Source: Narcine bancroftii (Eukaryota). Taken from it: a DNA stretch of 64,000 bases. Location of the stretch: contig NC_091478.1 in assembly GCF_036971445.1 (NCBI RefSeq), forward strand, positions 78,926,001-78,990,000, in the 5' to 3' direction. Below the pieces are notes generated by a model. The model saw nothing but the letters and a program-made list of their open reading frames with translations. It was not told the origin of the DNA and did not search any database. Below are positions 62,479 through 64,000 of the stretch, piece after piece (position 1 is the stretch's first letter; the number at the start of each line of letters is the position of its first letter). The translations under genes and the position numbers were made by a program.

Positions 62479-63883
62479 ATGACCAACTTTACAAATGTCA
62501 ATAAGGTAAGGGAGAAACTTCCCAGCTGGCTCTCTGGCCAGACTTCACTCTCAAGTGACATCAACTGGTGTTTCAAAACTGGGATTTCCATTTCTCTCTC
62601 TCCGCCTCGTCTCTGAGACTATTCTCATCTTTCTCGGCATCTTCCAAGGTGAGGTGGTTTCAGCCACCTTTTGTGCTTTTTTTCTCAGCTGCTAGGAAAT
62701 AAATTGGTGGGAGGGGAGGTGGAAGGGTAATGAGTGAGTGGTTGAACAAACTTGCATTGATGCTATAATACAAATGGGAGCTAGGGAAGGAAAATTCCTA
62801 GTCATGAGAGGTGCAATGTGACAAACCACAATGAGCAGAGTGTGGTAGAGGTGCTCTTTGTCCTTCAAGAATGATTCAGAAATGCAGCTACAGGTTTGGA
62901 AGCTTGTGCTGTATATGGAATTCTCCATGGCCCTGGGCTCCTTTGAAAAGGTGCAACTGTGTAGATGTGAAGAACAATGAGACCAGGTTGCACAATGGAA
63001 AATAGTTTCCCCTCGTGAGGCGAGGATGTATTTGTGTGTCTTGCAGTGGATGGTAGTCTGCACAGTCAAAATGTGGTCATTTTCTGCCAAGGAAATAGAC
63101 AATGAATGATGATGTGCTTTCTTGCAAGCAAAATGATGTGCTCTTAAAATTAGTCTTTAGAGTTAATCAGGTCAAGTTCCTTGACCACTCCTTCACACAA
63201 AAAGACATTTGAGTGTCAATAATATCCTGCAGGAGAGCAGAAAACCTGAGGTTTTAACGGTTTCAATCCCAACAGACGTTGCTTGCCCTGCTAGCTATTT
63301 CTGGCACAGGTTTCAGCCTTCTGGAATCTGCTGGATTTTGTTTTGCTTTCACCAGCTCCATCTAACCAAATTTTGAGTGGTTGTGGTGATCTCAACTTCA
63401 ACTTTCTTTTGCAAATTGCAACATTGCTCTTTAAGGGTCGACCTAAAGCTCGTACTTCAAACATTAGATTTTGTAAGTACATCATTTTGCTTGTTGCCAC
63501 TTGTTCTCTGCGTTGAAGATAGAGAACACCTTTTTAATCCTTTTGGTGTTGGTTACTTTCCTGAATTCTGCTTTATTTTTCTTACTTTTTTCATTTTGTT
63601 AAATTACACTTTGCAAAACTTAAAATGTTTTAGTTTTATTTACATAGCAGCTAGATCATAGGCTGCCCACTAAGTCCTCTGAACTAATTGAATCAAATTT
63701 TATTCTTCATTGTACCCTCAAATTTTTAGCTGAACACCCACCTCCTGGATGAGGAAAATCATTAGACTGACTTGGAGTGTTCTTATGTTGCTGCACAAGT
63801 CGTGCTGAAGGACATCCGATTTTTTTTTTTTAAACATCAGAAATTGCCAAATACTCTTCAGTCTTTCTTCTTTTCTCTCTCAG

Positions 63884-64000
63884 CTTCATGCAGATACAAT
63901 CCTAATTCTGTACAACTTCAAAGGCCAGCCCAGTGGAGAAGCTTTGGTGACTTTCCCAACTCTCGAGATGGCTCGACAAGCTATGTCAGAAAAGAATGGA
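63884..64000 (+). CDS. ESRP2: ESRP2 downstream exon 16 (partial), C-terminal half of a fourth quasi-RRM (LHADTILILYNFKGQPSGEALVTFPTLEMARQAMSEKNG...)
   Basis: Strong polypyrimidine tract and ctcag| acceptor; open phase-0 frame to the window end; GQPSGEALVTF matches the qRRM motif of RRM1-3. Confidence 0.85.

Overview
Vertebrate genomic DNA, most likely a cartilaginous fish (HE1/V-SINE-like SINEs plus CR1, Rex1/Babar, L1, RTE and Penelope-type repeats). Bases 1 to ~29,000 look intergenic and repeat-rich. From 31,852 to the window end the + strand carries an epithelial splicing regulatory protein gene, ESRP2 by diagnostic residues. I traced 15 coding exons with consistent phases (702 aa ending ...APKEWVCL*) plus a further downstream exon cut off by the window edge. 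Splicing highlights: a U12 (minor) intron 4, tandem 5' splice sites adding or removing CKLP, and a stop-containing exon 15 whose skipping joins exon 14 in frame to an exon that completes a fourth quasi-RRM. The repeats include nested insertions with readable TSDs, an L1 with a twin-priming-type inversion, a solo LTR, local duplications (one pair flanks exon 11), a 54-bp minisatellite, a G-rich minisatellite and degenerate hammerhead-like motifs. All coordinates were read by hand and no database searches were run.
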